Below, piece by piece: positions 39,214-52,900 of a stretch of 64,000 bases of DNA. The position numbers and the translations under genes were made by a program. Location of the stretch: NCBI RefSeq assembly GCF_008831285.2, contig NC_045138.2:43710001-43774000 (forward strand), written 5' to 3'. Under the pieces are notes generated by a model, which made no database searches, was not told the origin of the DNA, and saw only the letters and a program-made list of their open reading frames with translations. The DNA is from Nymphaea colorata (taxonomy: Eukaryota). Positions within the stretch are counted from its first letter, which is position 1; each line of letters begins with the position of its first letter.

Positions 39214-41073
39214 CTAGGCAAGGTTTTAGGGGAGTCAAAGGCAGAGGTTGAGCATTATTAAAGGTTTAGGCAGAATATGTTTAAGGGATTCATTAAAATG
39301 TTTAAGACATGGCCTAGTCATGATTTGAAACTTAAAACATGAACTAATAAGGTAAAAGAGAGGACATTACATGCTTAAAGCTTCAACGATGTTTTAACAA
39401 AATGATTGAATGAAACTACATGTTAAACAAATTATATAACACTACATGCTATGGATACCTTGTGAAAAGATGATTTAACTAAGAAGAAAAGTGAAGCCTT
39501 GAAGGACAATGGCGGAGCTTGAAGCAAACTAGTGGAGCTGCCAGAGAATGTTGGTGGCTTGCAAGAAGATGGAAATGAAAAAAAAGAAGGGGCAGAAATT
39601 TTTTGGTGATTTTGGACTTTGGGTGAATCTAAATCTAGACCCAATTAGGATCATTTGGCTTTGAGGTCTCCTTTTGGATCCATAATTCTAAACAACTTTA
39701 ATTTCAAGTTTGATTTTGAAAATAAATTTATTGAAATCAAAGTTAGATTTATAGAGTGAATCTCTGTTAGTGTCCTTGTTATTCTTGGATTTTGGGGGGC
39801 CTTTTACGTGTAGAGCATGTCAGTCCAACGAAATAGGGTGGGCGGATACCCACATTTTAGGATTTGGCAGTTTGGACTTAAATTGCCAGGGTTTCCCCAA
39901 TCTGGTGCATTTTCAAGGCTTTAGAGGCTTCTCAAAGGTAAAATGGTAAATTTACCTTGGTGTGATCTGAGTTTGATATATGGAACCTAGGGAGCTTGTG
40001 TAGGCACTAGTATGTGCTTCAGAGGCAATTTCATAGTGTCAGGTCAAGGGCAAGATGACTATTTTGGTTGAAAGTCTTCATGAAAGATTGAAAAGATTCT
40101 CTTTCACAACTTGGATGAGTGATCAAGGATAAAAGGAGAATTTGTCTAAGAGCACCACGAATTGGGAAAGTTTTAATTGATCTATAAATTACTATAATAT
40201 TTGAAGACATATAAACATTATAAGCTTTGTTAGAAATATACTTTAGTACTCACCTTTAGCGATACTGGTACGACATTCATTGGATCATTGTATTGTTTTA
40301 TCCAATCACCCACACAAACTAATTCTTCTATTATCTTTGGACTCAATGAACTCTAACATTCATTCATAATTCCACCTCCAGTATTGAAAGCAGATTTAGA
40401 GGCGACTGTAGAAATATGAATACACAATATACAATATATCGTGTGTCGTGATAAAATGAATAATTTCAATTGTTTATCTTTCCACCAAATCAGTATATCA
40501 AATGAATCATAATTCATAGCACCACATTGGGCCCATCTTCTAAATATATATCAAGTTCTGACTTGGAGGATTGGAAAGAAACATTGTCTGCTTACTTTAA
40601 CTAAAAAACCATACACCATATCTATTGGAATTGTTATACGGGTCACTCCCTCTCATAAAAGTACTAACATTGCATTCAACATCTCTACCTAAGCATTCAA
40701 ATTTTTGCAACATAGTTGTTATAAAGCTCTTGCAATGTATTTCTTACTAATGTCATTTGATTTTCCTTTTTTTCTGTTGGACTAAAAGTTTTTAAAAAAA
40801 CAAAGTCTATTAGGCTTAATCTTATCCATAGATCTATTATGGAAGCAATAGTCATCAATATATTGCAGAAGCTCCAATACTTATCAAAATTTTCTTTCAT
40901 TTTAGTTGTCATTCTTTTCATAAAGCTACATTCATTCACAATTTGTTTTTCTAATAGTTCTTAGACCCTCAAATTTCTAAGAAAAATAGGCTTGTTGTAG
41001 GAAACTTTGACCCTGAAAAAAAGCATAAAAACATTATAAAATGCTTCAAAAAAAGAACTTTTTTTTTTACTTT

Positions 41074-44022
41074 TGTCAAATTTCTTCGGCTCGTGTGACC
41101 TGACAATACCAGCTTCATCGTAAGCCTAAAGGGCTCAAGAGTGTGCAGAAGACTTGAGAATAGCGCAGGCGCAAGGAAATCAAAGATCACAAGGGATTTG
41201 GAGGGATGCTCTTGCAATGGGCATAAATTGCATTGATTACAAGAGCGATGTAAGCAAAAACATTTGGAAAGAAATCACAGTTGTACTTACATAGGATGGC
41301 TGAGGCCTCTTACAGGATTCAAATGCCGACCACCCCAAACATAGAATCCCTTATATGCGGGTGACACAAGTGGCGTTCAGTTCATACCCTTTTACTATTC
41401 TGACTTGCCAGTAGCTCAATCAAAGATCTAACTTCGAAAAGATTCATGCATTTTCAAACAGATCGAATAAGTCAGCAATGAGTAGTAAAGAATACTTGTT
41501 CTTGATCGTTACCTTGTTCAATACATGGTCGTCCACACATAGACGCTTTGAGCCATCATGTTTCAGCTGAAACAATACAGGTGCTCCATAAGGAGCCTTG
41601 AAGGGCCTCATGATCCCTCAAGCCAACATTTCATCTACTTGACGTCACAATTCCTCCAACTCCGTGGGACCCATTCTGTAAGGCGCCATTGCAGGTGGTT
41701 TTGCGCCTGGGACCAATTCGATAGCATGGTCTACTTCACATCAAGGTGGCAGTCGTCTAGGGAGTTTTGCAGGCATCATTTCTGCGAACTCTTTCAAGAT
41801 AGGCACAAGCACTTCTGGGACCGAACTAGGGCAGTCTTAACACACTTCCCTGATTGCCACCAAGTACGTCTCATCACCATGCTTCAGGCCCTTCTTCAAC
41901 TGGATAGTGGATAACATCGGAGATTTGCCCTTATCCTTTCTCGCTTCTAGTGCTGGAACCATACAAGAGGACTTCTCATCAAGAATACCAATGGCTCGTA
42001 GATGTGGCATCAGGACAATCTTTGCCAAACTGAGGAGCTCCATGTCTAGAATCATCTTGAAATTGTCCATCGGTGCCACTGAGAAGTTGGCTTTTCCAAC
42101 CAACTCTCAATCTTCACTACCACATCTCGAGCCACTTTATGGATGGGCTTCGCCTCCGATTTCACCATCTTCATGTGTAACTCTCCCTTCTCTAGGGTGA
42201 GACCCAATCTCTTTGCCTCCTCTTTCAAGACAAAGTTGTATGTTGCACTCGTGTCCATCATTGTCATTGTGGACTTTCCATTCACTAAGATTTCTAAGTA
42301 CATGCGTCATGTAGTCTTCGTTGTTGTCACCTTCGGGGTCGCCTTCAAAGCACCAAGAATTTGGAGTGCTGCCATATGTGGAGCTTCATTCTCCTAACCC
42401 TGCACAGCATAAGTAGATTATTTTGAAGAGTTGGCCTGGTTGCTCCCAACATTCGGGCATTTTGACGCAAAGTGATTCCCACAGAAATGCCAACACTTCA
42501 ATCCTTGTGGTGGTCGGAGAGGCCTATAAGTGTTGTCATCTCGCGCACTTCCACCATTGTTCTTCTGAACAGTTGAATTAATGTTCCCCTTTTCTATTCG
42601 TCCAGTTCTCCAGTTATTCCCACCATTGTTGTGGTTGTCATTTCCACCCTTCTTGGAGTTATAGGGCTTATATTCAAACTTCAGTCGCCTTAATGTATCA
42701 ACCAAGCGTCCGGTTGCTACAAGGGCACTACTCAAGTCTTTAGGGTCTTGTCTCCAGAGGTCTACTCTGCCCATGACTGTAATCCATTCATAAAGTGGAA
42801 TAGTCGATCCTCATCAGACATCCTCAAGATTTCAAGCATTTTCGCCATGAATGCTTGTACATAATCATGGATCGATCCGGTTTGCTTGAGTTCCATCAGT
42901 CGTTGTCTTGAAAGATAGTATGTTTCTTTGGGTAGGAAATACTTGTGCATTTCATGCTTGATTTCTTTATAAGTGTCGATAGTGCAAATGCCACTTTCGA
43001 CATCACTCTCCTGCCTCTACCACCACAGCATGGCGTCATCCGTTAGAAACATTGAAGCGGTCGTGATCTTCATGTCATCATCATAGATCTAGTTCACCCT
43101 GAGGTACTTTTTGAGATGATCAGGGAAGTTCTCGAATTCTTTAGCATTTTGAATACCGTTATACCTCTTCGGTTCATGGACTTTCATATGAGGCGCTACA
43201 CCTATGCCTTTGGCTTCGCCCCCTCTGCCAAACCGATTCTCTAGGGTCCTGTTTCGCATTTTGAGGACTTCCATTTCATCCTCTATCACAGCTAAACAGG
43301 CTAGAACTTCTTCCAACTATGAGCTCACCTGGTCCAGATTCTTATTCATCTTAGCATTGTAGGTATTGAAGCTCCGTGCAGCTTTGGTCATGGAATGACT
43401 CAAGGAGGCAATGGTTGTCTTGATTGCAACCAGCCGAGCTTCCATTCCTCCATTGGTCCCACTCGTCTTCTTCTGTTGACGAGTCTGTACTCCCTTTGCT
43501 ATAGAATTTTGTTCATCTGCAGACATGCTGCCACAGATAGCAGCCAACCATCGGATAGCTCGACACTGACTTAGCCTCCCATGCCCCAGCGTGTCAGATG
43601 ATCAAACTAGCTCTGATACCAGTTGTCACGGGCTGACTTTCTTCGGCCCGTGTGGCCCAGCGATCGCACCTTCGCCATAAGCCTAAAGGGCTCAAGAGTG
43701 TGCGGTAGACTTGAGAATAGCACGGGTGCAAGGAAATCAAAGACCGCAAGGGAATTGGAGGGATGCACTTGCAATGGGCATAAATTGCATTGATCACAAG
43801 AATGATGTAAGCAAAGACATTTGAAAAGAAATCGCAGCTTTACTTACATACGATGGTTGAGGCCTCTTACAGGATTCAAATGTCGGCCACCCTAAACACA
43901 AAATCCCTTACATGCACTTGGAACCGGTGAGAGGGTGCTCCATTACAAGTAAACAAAAGCATAACCAAAGACATTGTAAGCAAATGCAAAGTAAGCAAAA
44001 ACAGATTCAGACTCTGGGAATA
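41074..44022 (-). mobile_element. Internally deleted Galadriel-type Gypsy element: 5' LTR 43624-44022, PBS 43610-43621, gag-PR-RT start, partial 3' LTR 41074-41358
   Basis: gag EPKRYNGIQNAKEFENF; protease MMDTSATYNFV; RT FSKLDL..YWQVRI..CVT fused directly to mid-LTR. The LTRs are homologous to each other and to 49461-49880. Confidence 0.88.
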
Positions 44023-45508
44023 GCTCCAATACTTATCAAAATTTTCTTTAAATTTAGTTGTCATTCTTTTCACAAAGCTACATTCATTCATAACTTGTTC
44101 TTGTAATAGCTCTTAGACCCTCAAATTTCTAGGAAAAATAGGTTTGTTGTAGGAAACTTTGACCCTGAAAAAAAAACATAGAAACATTATAAAATGCTTC
44201 AAAAAAGTACATAATTTTTTTTTACTTTTGTCCATTTATTCGCTTCAAGCAACTATATAAAACCAACATCTTCCATATCATATCTAGCAAAAACATTTTT
44301 CTACGTATATTTGAATGTCTCTCTAATCTTACCATGTTCATCGCCGACAACAAACAAGTCATCTTGCACCATCAGATATAGAATATGTGTACAACAAATG
44401 CACATGAAAAAATTTTACCACCTTGGTATAGATTTACATCATTTTTCTCAAAAATTTCTTTCAATGTTCTTACATGAACATCATTAGAAGAAGCATTATC
44501 AACTGTAACGGAGATGATCTTCTTTTTATTCTCATTCTTGAAGATTTTTACAATCACATTTGCTAATTTTTTTCCTGTTCTGAGGTGGTTTGACTTGGCT
44601 AAAACCAATTATATGCTTTTGAAATGCCCAGACATGGTCTATGAAGTGAGTTGTAATAGATATATTGCCCAATTTATTGGTTTTGATGTCCACATATCCG
44701 TTGTTAAACCAATAGACCTAACACCTTTAAAATATTCCTTCAACTTCTTCTTTTCAACGTCATATAGTTTTGTGACATTTCTTTTTAACATTGTCTTTGA
44801 AATGGGTGACCAATTTAGAAAAGCAGGATTTGGTAAAAATCTAAACTAGCAATGTTCATCCATATTGAATGCATACTCATGACCAACAACCATCTTCACC
44901 AATATCTCTCTTATTTTTTCTGCATCAAATTTGGCACCATTACTCATTGATTCCTTTGTAAGATGTGAAACTTCACTAACACAAAAACTCAAGGTATTTT
45001 GCTTCATATTACCCGGATGTGCAACACGCATGTGTCTTCTCATCGATGATACTTCTCTCATACTTACAACAAATGTTTTTTTGCAATACTTGCATCTACC
45101 TTGTTTCATACCATCCACAGTTACTTCTTCAAAATTATTCCAAACTAAAGAAGTCCTTGCCTTTTGTCTTCTCTACACTATTATGTTTTGCTTCCTCAAT
45201 TTTATTAATGCTTACATCCTTATTTTCACCATACTTCAAATAAATATGATCCAAATTGTCATCAGCTACAGATTGTTGTGTAGAGATTCGCTATTGAACC
45301 TGCTCCTAAACTATATATTAGCTGTTTGTCTTTAGTTGTAGTGTTTTCTTTAGGTGATGACATTCTTCTTCTACACACAAACAGAAGAAAAATCAAAGCC
45401 AATCTATATAAGCAAAAGAATCATGTCATATATTTGCTGAATTAAATAGATAAACTTTTGTAAAACTAAGTCAAAGTAAGTGTTAGATTTTACCTTTTAT
45501 TTCAATAA

Positions 45509-45634
45509 TAACTCAAATGAGGAATACGAAGAAATATCAATACAAGCAGCACACACACACACACACATATATATAAACAGAAAATCCACATGAACATAAA
45601 TAATGGCTCAAATGAGGAATACTAAGTGTGTATG

Positions 45635-45676
<42 letters not shown>

Positions 45677-45708
45677 CTGCTTGTGTATATATATATGCAC
45701 ACAAGCAG

Positions 45709-45784
<76 letters not shown>

Positions 45785-46000
45785 CAGAAAATCCACATGA
45801 ACATAAATAATGGCTCAAATGAGGAATACTATATATCCACATGAATATAAATAACAGCTCAAATAAGGAATACAGAGAATATCAATACAAGAAGTAATAA
45901 ATCTCAATATATATATATATATATTTTTATATTTATATATATATATATATAAACAGAAAATCCACATTAATATAAATAACAGCTCAAATGAGGAATACTA
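45509..46000. repeat. Minisatellite (AAACAGAAAATCCACATGAACATAAATAATGGCTCAAATGAGGAATAC) interleaved with (CA)n/(TA)n/(TG)n, including an internal fold-back
   Basis: Units at ~45576, 45782, 45837 and 45951; palindrome centred at ~45692. Confidence 0.85.
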
Positions 46001-48314
46001 TGATATATATGTATTGAGATTCAATCTAAAATGACTATGAAAACTATATTAAACTTTAAGGAGTTGCTCATCAAAAGTCAGGTGTTCATACTCTTCAATA
46101 AAATCTGATAAAGCAGAAATTTCCCAACCACTATTAATTTCAATTAAAATTTTGAAGAGCTTGTGGGCCACTTGATGTTCTTTGTTGTGATGATCTTCTG
46201 CTTGAGGATCATTAGAGGAACTGCACATTGAAAGATATAACTGGATCTATGGCAAAGCCTCAACCTAATCATAGGGTAGAACCTCCAAATTGTTGCTTAC
46301 CAAATGAAAAGATAGGATGGGTTGAAGTTAGGAGAACAACTATAATCAGTAGACCACTGCTCATTTTCTTATGTGTCCTTTGCTGCATACAATAATTCAA
46401 ACTTTGCAGCCATTATGATCTGCAGAAAATCTAACTCCTAGATGAAGTTAAAGATGCCCAACTAGGAACGAGGCAATGTACATTATGTACTCAAAACCTA
46501 GACATTTAGAAAATAACTCATAAAATCGTATCTGACATGTTTTTCTTTTCCTCAAGGAAGAAGACCTATAGATAGTGGATGGATCTACAAGATGAATCTC
46601 AATACAAGCAGCAACACACACACACACACACACACAGACATATATATATATATATATCAGGTACCTTTTATTTCAATAGCAGCTCATATGCAAAAAAAAA
46701 AACACTCAACAATATAGAATAAATCCACAAATAATACAAAAAAGGATAATAGGACTAAAAATCAAAATCAAGCTACAGAACATATTACTCAAACATGGAT
46801 TTCCTATGAATTCATAATGGCAACTAAGCATGCAAACATATAGTGGCAACAAGCAGAAAAGGATCATGCCTCTATTTGCTGAATTCAATAGATAAGCATG
46901 TGGAAATACTGAATGTTAATCAAATACTGAAATGGAAGAAATCGAGCTGTTGTTACTCAGATCAGTGCAAAATCAAAGTTGATATTCTATGAAACTTTGA
47001 TCATTATGATTTATGCAAGCCCAAAGCAAAGCCATGTATTACTTACATAATCTCAACTGGCTGCTGAAGTTTGGAAGGTTGTTGTTCAAGGCTGATATGT
47101 TAAGGTGCCTAAACAAGCAAAAGAAAATTTATCATAATAGTCTCAAGTACTTTATCATAATGTTTGTAAGATATAACAAAGAAATGAAGTGGAGGGAACA
47201 TGAAACTGAAGCAATATTATAAAAGTCCATGTACATAAGAGCTTGCAAATGGAGGGCACTGTTGCTATTGCAATCAGCCACCGGTTTATCATGCCATTTA
47301 GAAAAGATTTGCTTTTGCTCACAAGAATCAGACAGGGCACATCATCTTCAGGTCATTTTACTACACTTGCTTTAAATGAAAAGAACATTTTTCGTGACTG
47401 CTAAAAGTTGTTCTGAGGTACCATTGCAAGTTTGCAACTGGACTCTGCTCTCTTCAAATGGACCGATGAATCAGCATTCAAGCAAGGGATACACTATAAA
47501 ACGGGTAGCATAATCTTTACCATCTCATGCCATGCTCTTACAAATCAAAAATGACAATTGTTGATGTCATAAACTTTACCATCTCTGCTCTTAGAGAGCA
47601 GAGGCGAAGGTACCCACACCATCAAGAGTAGCTGATCTTATTTTCAAAATAGTCGGCACATAAATTATAATAGAGATTAAGTAGAGATTAATTTCAATGC
47701 AAAATGAAGAAATGAACTATTTCAAGCAAAGAACAGAAACTTAACCGGCCTTGCTTTTATCATAAATGCAAAACGTAGAACAAATCCTATATATTCTTCA
47801 AAAGGATCGAAACTAGCAAAAATGCAGCACTTCAGTTAAACTAATCAACCTATGAACTGGGAAAAAACAAGAACTTATCACTTCCAAAGACATAGTTTGA
47901 ATCCTTGATAACAAGTAGTCAAATACCCTAGGTTACCATGAAGAGGAAACCTCCGACTAGCTAAACATAACCTCTACAGCCAATGCTCCTGGTGGTTATG
48001 CAGACTGCAGGAACCAGGCGGAAGAGCTGCACAATGGGGCACCCCTTTTCGGCAGAGGGCATTGTATGAGGGAGAGTCCAATAGAAGTGACGCAAGTGTT
48101 CGATGGGTGAGATGAGGCCATGAGAGTTTGAGAGAGAGAGAGAGAGGAAATGTTACATTGATACCAGCAGCAGCCCAGCAGAGACGGATGCCGGTGGGCA
48201 GGTGGCCAGATGCCAGACGGTGGTGCTGTGCTGGAGTGCAACAGTGAAGATGGTTGACAGGAGAGAGAGAGAGCAGTCCAAGTAAAGTATGGCTGAGTCG
48301 AGCTAACTCGACAA

Positions 48315-48708
48315 AGAGAGGGATTGGAAGGGAAGGGAAGGGAAGGGAAAGGAATGAAAAGAGTTGATTAAAATGTTTGTTTGGATAGAAAGGGAATGGA
48401 AAGGAATGAAATGAAAAAAAAAGACTAAATAGCACATGGATTTAAAAAGGAGGGAAAGAAAAGGAGGGGTAGTGTGGGAATAAAAAATTCTTCCACTTAC
48501 CTTTTTTTCCTTTCATTCTCAATTTGTCCAATTTGGGAGGGAATGGATTTACACTAAACAATCACTCCCTTTCCTTTCCTTTCATTTTCCTCCCCTTGCA
48601 GCCAAGCACCTTTTGCCCATTTTCCTCCTTTTCCCTCCTTTCTAATTAGCCAACCAAACAAAGGAGGGATTGCTCAATCCCTCCCTTTCCCTCCTACCAA
48701 ACAGGCCC
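48315..48708. mobile_element. Tourist/Harbinger-like MITE fragment
   Basis: Right end CCAAACAGGCCC followed by TAA; purine-rich left half mirrors a pyrimidine-rich right half; the left TIR is not seen. Confidence 0.55.
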
Positions 48709-48864
48709 TAAATGGGTCAAGTTGAGTTAAATGGGCTCGGCTCAGTTAAACTCGGTTAAACTTGAGAAATAAAATATATAAACTATATCTCAAAAAGTTA
48801 TCAAGAAAAATAGATTGGGTATACATGTGAGACATTCCATGTTTAAGACTATGTGCAGCCTCTT

Positions 48865-48867
<3 letters not shown>

Positions 48868-48911
<44 letters not shown>
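48868..48911. repeat. (TA)n microsatellite
   Basis: Read directly. Confidence 0.95.
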
Positions 48912-48916
<5 letters not shown>

Positions 48917-49460
48917 AGCTGGAGGCTTGAAAAACCAAAATTTAAAAGGGGGAAAGACACGACTGACCATGCACTAAGTATAAGAAGTTTTACCTTTGTG
49001 AACTGGTTTCAGTAACTTTGTGTACCAGTTGTTGAGATTCAACCGGTTTTATAATAACGAGTCAAGTTGATGGAACTCAACTAGTTTATCTGGAAGTTAG
49101 ACCTCAGTATGTTTATGAATGAGTTAAGTTCGAGAGGCATTTTTTTGAGCGAGTTCGAATTGAGTTCAAGTTAGCTCAACTAGTTGTACAACCAGCATCC
49201 TCTCGTCCCCCACTGCTTCTTCATGAATCAAGCTCAAACACGCTGCTTCGTCTTTAAATTAGCTGAAAGGCATTATCATCACATGCTGGTACCATGTGAA
49301 ATTCTGTTCGATCACATTTTTCTTTTCCAAGTCATTGATGGATAGAAGAGTATATCATGGACTCATGGTGCATGTAGTAATGGAGATTAATTATGTAACA
49401 AAGAGGAGAAAGAGATGGTTAACCATAAAATTTGTTGCAATAAAGAAATGTGAGAGAGAG

Positions 49461-49880
49461 TGTTCCCCTGCGTCTAGAGTCTGTACAGTCCTTTGCTTTT
49501 GCTATATTTGCTTTGCTTATGTTGAGTCTTGGTGTAAGCTAGTTTGTTCACCTATGTCGAAGTACCCTCCCAAAACAGCTCCCTAAGTGTGACATTGGGA
49601 TTCCTTGTTTTGGATGGTCGGCATCGAGAATTCTGTAAGCGGCTTCGGCCATCCTTGTAAGTAAAGTGTAATAGCTTACTTGCTTTCCCTCGTGATGTAC
49701 TCTTTTCTCTGAAGTGAAATATATTGCGAGTTTTCTTTCCACACTCTTTGTGCAAATTTGTGTCCTTTGTTTTCGAGAAAGCGTTCAAGTGATCTATGCC
49801 CACTTGAACGAGGTGAAGGCTTGCGGCTTATTGGCGAGAGTTTGCCGCGCCGCACGGTCCGGAGTTGTCGGCCCGTGACA
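49461..49880 (+). repeat. 5' LTR
   Basis: Direct repeat of 54552-54971. Confidence 0.97.
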
Positions 49881-49976
49881 ACTGGTATCAGAGCTTAGGC
49901 TCTGTTCAAACTGGGGAAGCGATCGGAGAGTCGGTGTAGAGCATCGCGCCGACTTGCTGCTGTTGAGGAGAACGCC

Positions 49977-52900
49977 ATGGCATCACAATACAATCTGCGA
50001 TGTGCCAAAGGCAAGGAGCCGGCCCGCCCAAAGGAGGCGAGCCCGGCCCATGACCAGGGAAACCTGGAAGAGACGGTGAATAGGTTGGTCGCAGATGTGG
50101 CCACCCATGAGGAAGCCCTCGGCTTTGCTGCTGAGACCTTTGAGGGATTCAAGGAGGAGATGAAGTTGATGCGGGAACAGATGGCCGAGTCAGTGGCCAT
50201 GAACTGATCGCTCTTCGACTTGGTGAAGATCCTACAGGACGAAGTTGCAGGACTTCGGGCTTCAAATCAGAAATTGCTACACACGAACTCAACTAGTAGT
50301 AGCCAAGAGAGGACCAGTAGGGTCGACGTTCAACGTCCGGCAAAGTACAGTGGTAGCCGGGATGCGAAGGCGATCGACAACTTTCTGTTCCAAGTGGACT
50401 ACTACCTAGACCTGCAGAACGTCGTAGAAGAAGATCTGAAGATCAAGACCGCAGCAATGTTGTTAGAGGGGGATGTTGTGGCTTGGTGGAGGCGGAAAAT
50501 GCTAGACATTGAGAATGGTGATTGCACGATTACTACCTTCGATGACTTCCACAAACAATTGAAGGGGTACTTTATGCCCGTCGATGCCGAAAGGCATGCT
50601 TATAGGTTGGTTGCAAACCTAAAGCAAACTGGCGCCTTGAGGGATTACATCCGGGCTTATCAGAAGGTCATGTTGGATGTGCCTATGATGCCAGAAAAAG
50701 ACAAACTTCACTGGTTCATCATAAGGCTCCAATCTTGGGCCCAGACCGACGTGGAGAGATCGAACCCAGAGACCTTGGAGCAAGCATATGTGGCAGCCGA
50801 GCACTTGGCAGATACCCAACGCAAAAGCTACACTGATACCTTCAAGGCTGTGAAGAAGTCCGACCACAGCGGTAAGAGAGATGACCGGCGAGACCACAAC
50901 AAAAATGAATCGGAGTTCCAGAAGCCAACCGAGAGAAAAACCTTCTTTCGCAAGGACTACACTGGGCCACCAAGGGAAGTGACTTGCTGAGTCTGCGGAG
51001 GTAAGCACCAAGCACGCGTCTGTCCAAAGAGGGTGAGACCTACCGGGTAGGCCAATGCCGCAAGGGCCACTGAAGACGAGACCGAGGAAGGGCAGACACG
51101 AATGGGTGCCGCTCAGACGATCAATGTTGTACAAAGCTGCGCAGCGTCTAGCAGTTTGGCGAACATGGAGCTGATGTACCTAGACGTCACTCTGAATGGA
51201 ACGTCTACTGTTGCGATGGTAGACTCCGGGGCTACACATAACTTCATCTCGAAAGAGGAGGTGGAGCGAGTGGGATTGAACCCTGTGCCGCAGCAGAGGA
51301 CCCTTAAAACGGTGAACTCTGAAGCCAGGCCCATCCTGGGAGAAGCGAAGGGTGTAACGGTTCAGATTCAAGGCTGGACGGGAATCACTAACTTCTCCGT
51401 AGTACCTCTGGATGATTTCAAGGTGATTTTGGGGATGGAGTTCCTTCGAGGCCAGAATGCAATGATGTTGCCAAAAACCAACACATTGACGTTGATGGGT
51501 GTGGATCAGTCCCACACAGTGCACTGCCACTCCATCAGAAGCAAGTCTCAGCCGATGTTGTCGGCCATGCAGCTAAAGAAGGGCGTGCATCATGGGGAAC
51601 AAACATTCCTCGTGGCCGTGCATCTAGAAGAAGATGACCCTCAGCCGAGAGTCATTCTGCCAGGACTAGCCTCAGTCCTCAAGCAGTTCGAGGGAGTGAT
51701 GCCTCCCGAGCTGCCCAAGCGCCTACCCCCGAGGCGTGAAGTTGATCATGAAATTGACTTAGTTCCCGGAGCCAAGCCACCAGCTATGGTCCCCTACAGA
51801 ATGGGACCGGCCGAATTGAAGGAGCTGCGAAGGCAGCTTGATGACATGCTTGAGTCAGGGATCATCTGCCCCTCTAAGGCACCATTCGGGGCTCCTGTAT
51901 TGTTTCAAACAAAACATGATGGCTCTAAGCGACTCTGTGTGGATTACCGCGCCTTGAACAAGGTGACGGTGAAGAACAAGTATCCATTGCCACTCATTGC
52001 GGACTTGTTCGATCAGTTGGGCAAGGCGAGGATCTTCTCTAAGTTGGACCTTCGTTCTAGCTACTAGCAGGTCAGGATTGTGGAAGGTGATGAACCAAAG
52101 ACCACTTGCGTCACCCGCTATGGAGCATATGAGTTCCTAGTCATGCCATTCAGGTTGACGAATGCCCCTACAACTTTCTCGACTCTAATGAACAAGATAT
52201 TATACCCTTACATTGACAAGTTTGTGGTGGTCTACCTTGACGACATTGTGGTCCTTAGCAGCGACCTTGAGGAGCACGTCAGTCACTTGAAGACGGTGTT
52301 CCAAGTACTCAAAGAAAACGATCTCTTCGTGAAGAAGGAGAAGTGTCTCTTTGGACAGCGGGAGATCAGTTTCCTCGGCCACATTGTAGGGAATGGCCAG
52401 CTGCGAATGGATCCGGAAAAAGTGAAGGCTGTTCAAGAATGGAAGCCGCCCTCAAATGTGTCTGAATTGCAGTCCTTTCTTGGGTTAGCTAACTACTATC
52501 GGCGGTTCATCACGGGGTACTCATTGATAGCGGCACCCCTCACTGACCTACTTAAGAAGAATAGATTCTGGATTTGGACTCAGTCCGCCCAAGATGCCTT
52601 TGAAGGCCTGAAGCGTGCCCTTGTACAAGAGCCCGTCTTCAGGTTGCCAGATCACTCCAAGCCCTTCGAAGTAGACACAGACGCCTCAGACTTTGCCATT
52701 GGTGGGGTATTAATGCAGGACGGTCATCCGATTGCCTATGAGAGTCGAAAGTTGAAGGACCCTGAAAAGCGGTACACGGTGCATGAACGGGAGATGACCG
52801 CCATTGTACATTGCTTGTGCATATGGAGGCACTACCTACTGGGGGCAGAGTTCGTCGTTATGACGGACAATGTGGCCACGAGTTACTTCAAGACTCAGAA

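Larger units (their letters stand above)
40190..49193 (-). mobile_element. Decayed hAT (Ac/RICESLEEPER-like, BED finger) transposon with nested insertions
   Basis: BED finger VWNNF..GRCKYCKK..MRRHMRVAHP (~45000-45160); SVTVDNASSND; KENFDKYWS; dimerisation region SELDIYLE..FDILIWWK..STVASKSAFNTGG (~40250-40570); AACTCG/GAGTT subterminal repeats at 48715-49190. Confidence 0.8.

Noticed and set aside
45537..45844. ORFs with HT/VC/YI repeats
   Set aside because: Translations of dinucleotide microsatellites.
49461..49880. Hammerhead ribozyme / retrozyme in Galadriel-like LTRs
   Set aside because: No CTGANGA...GAAA core with suitable stems was found by eye, and the elements are coding.
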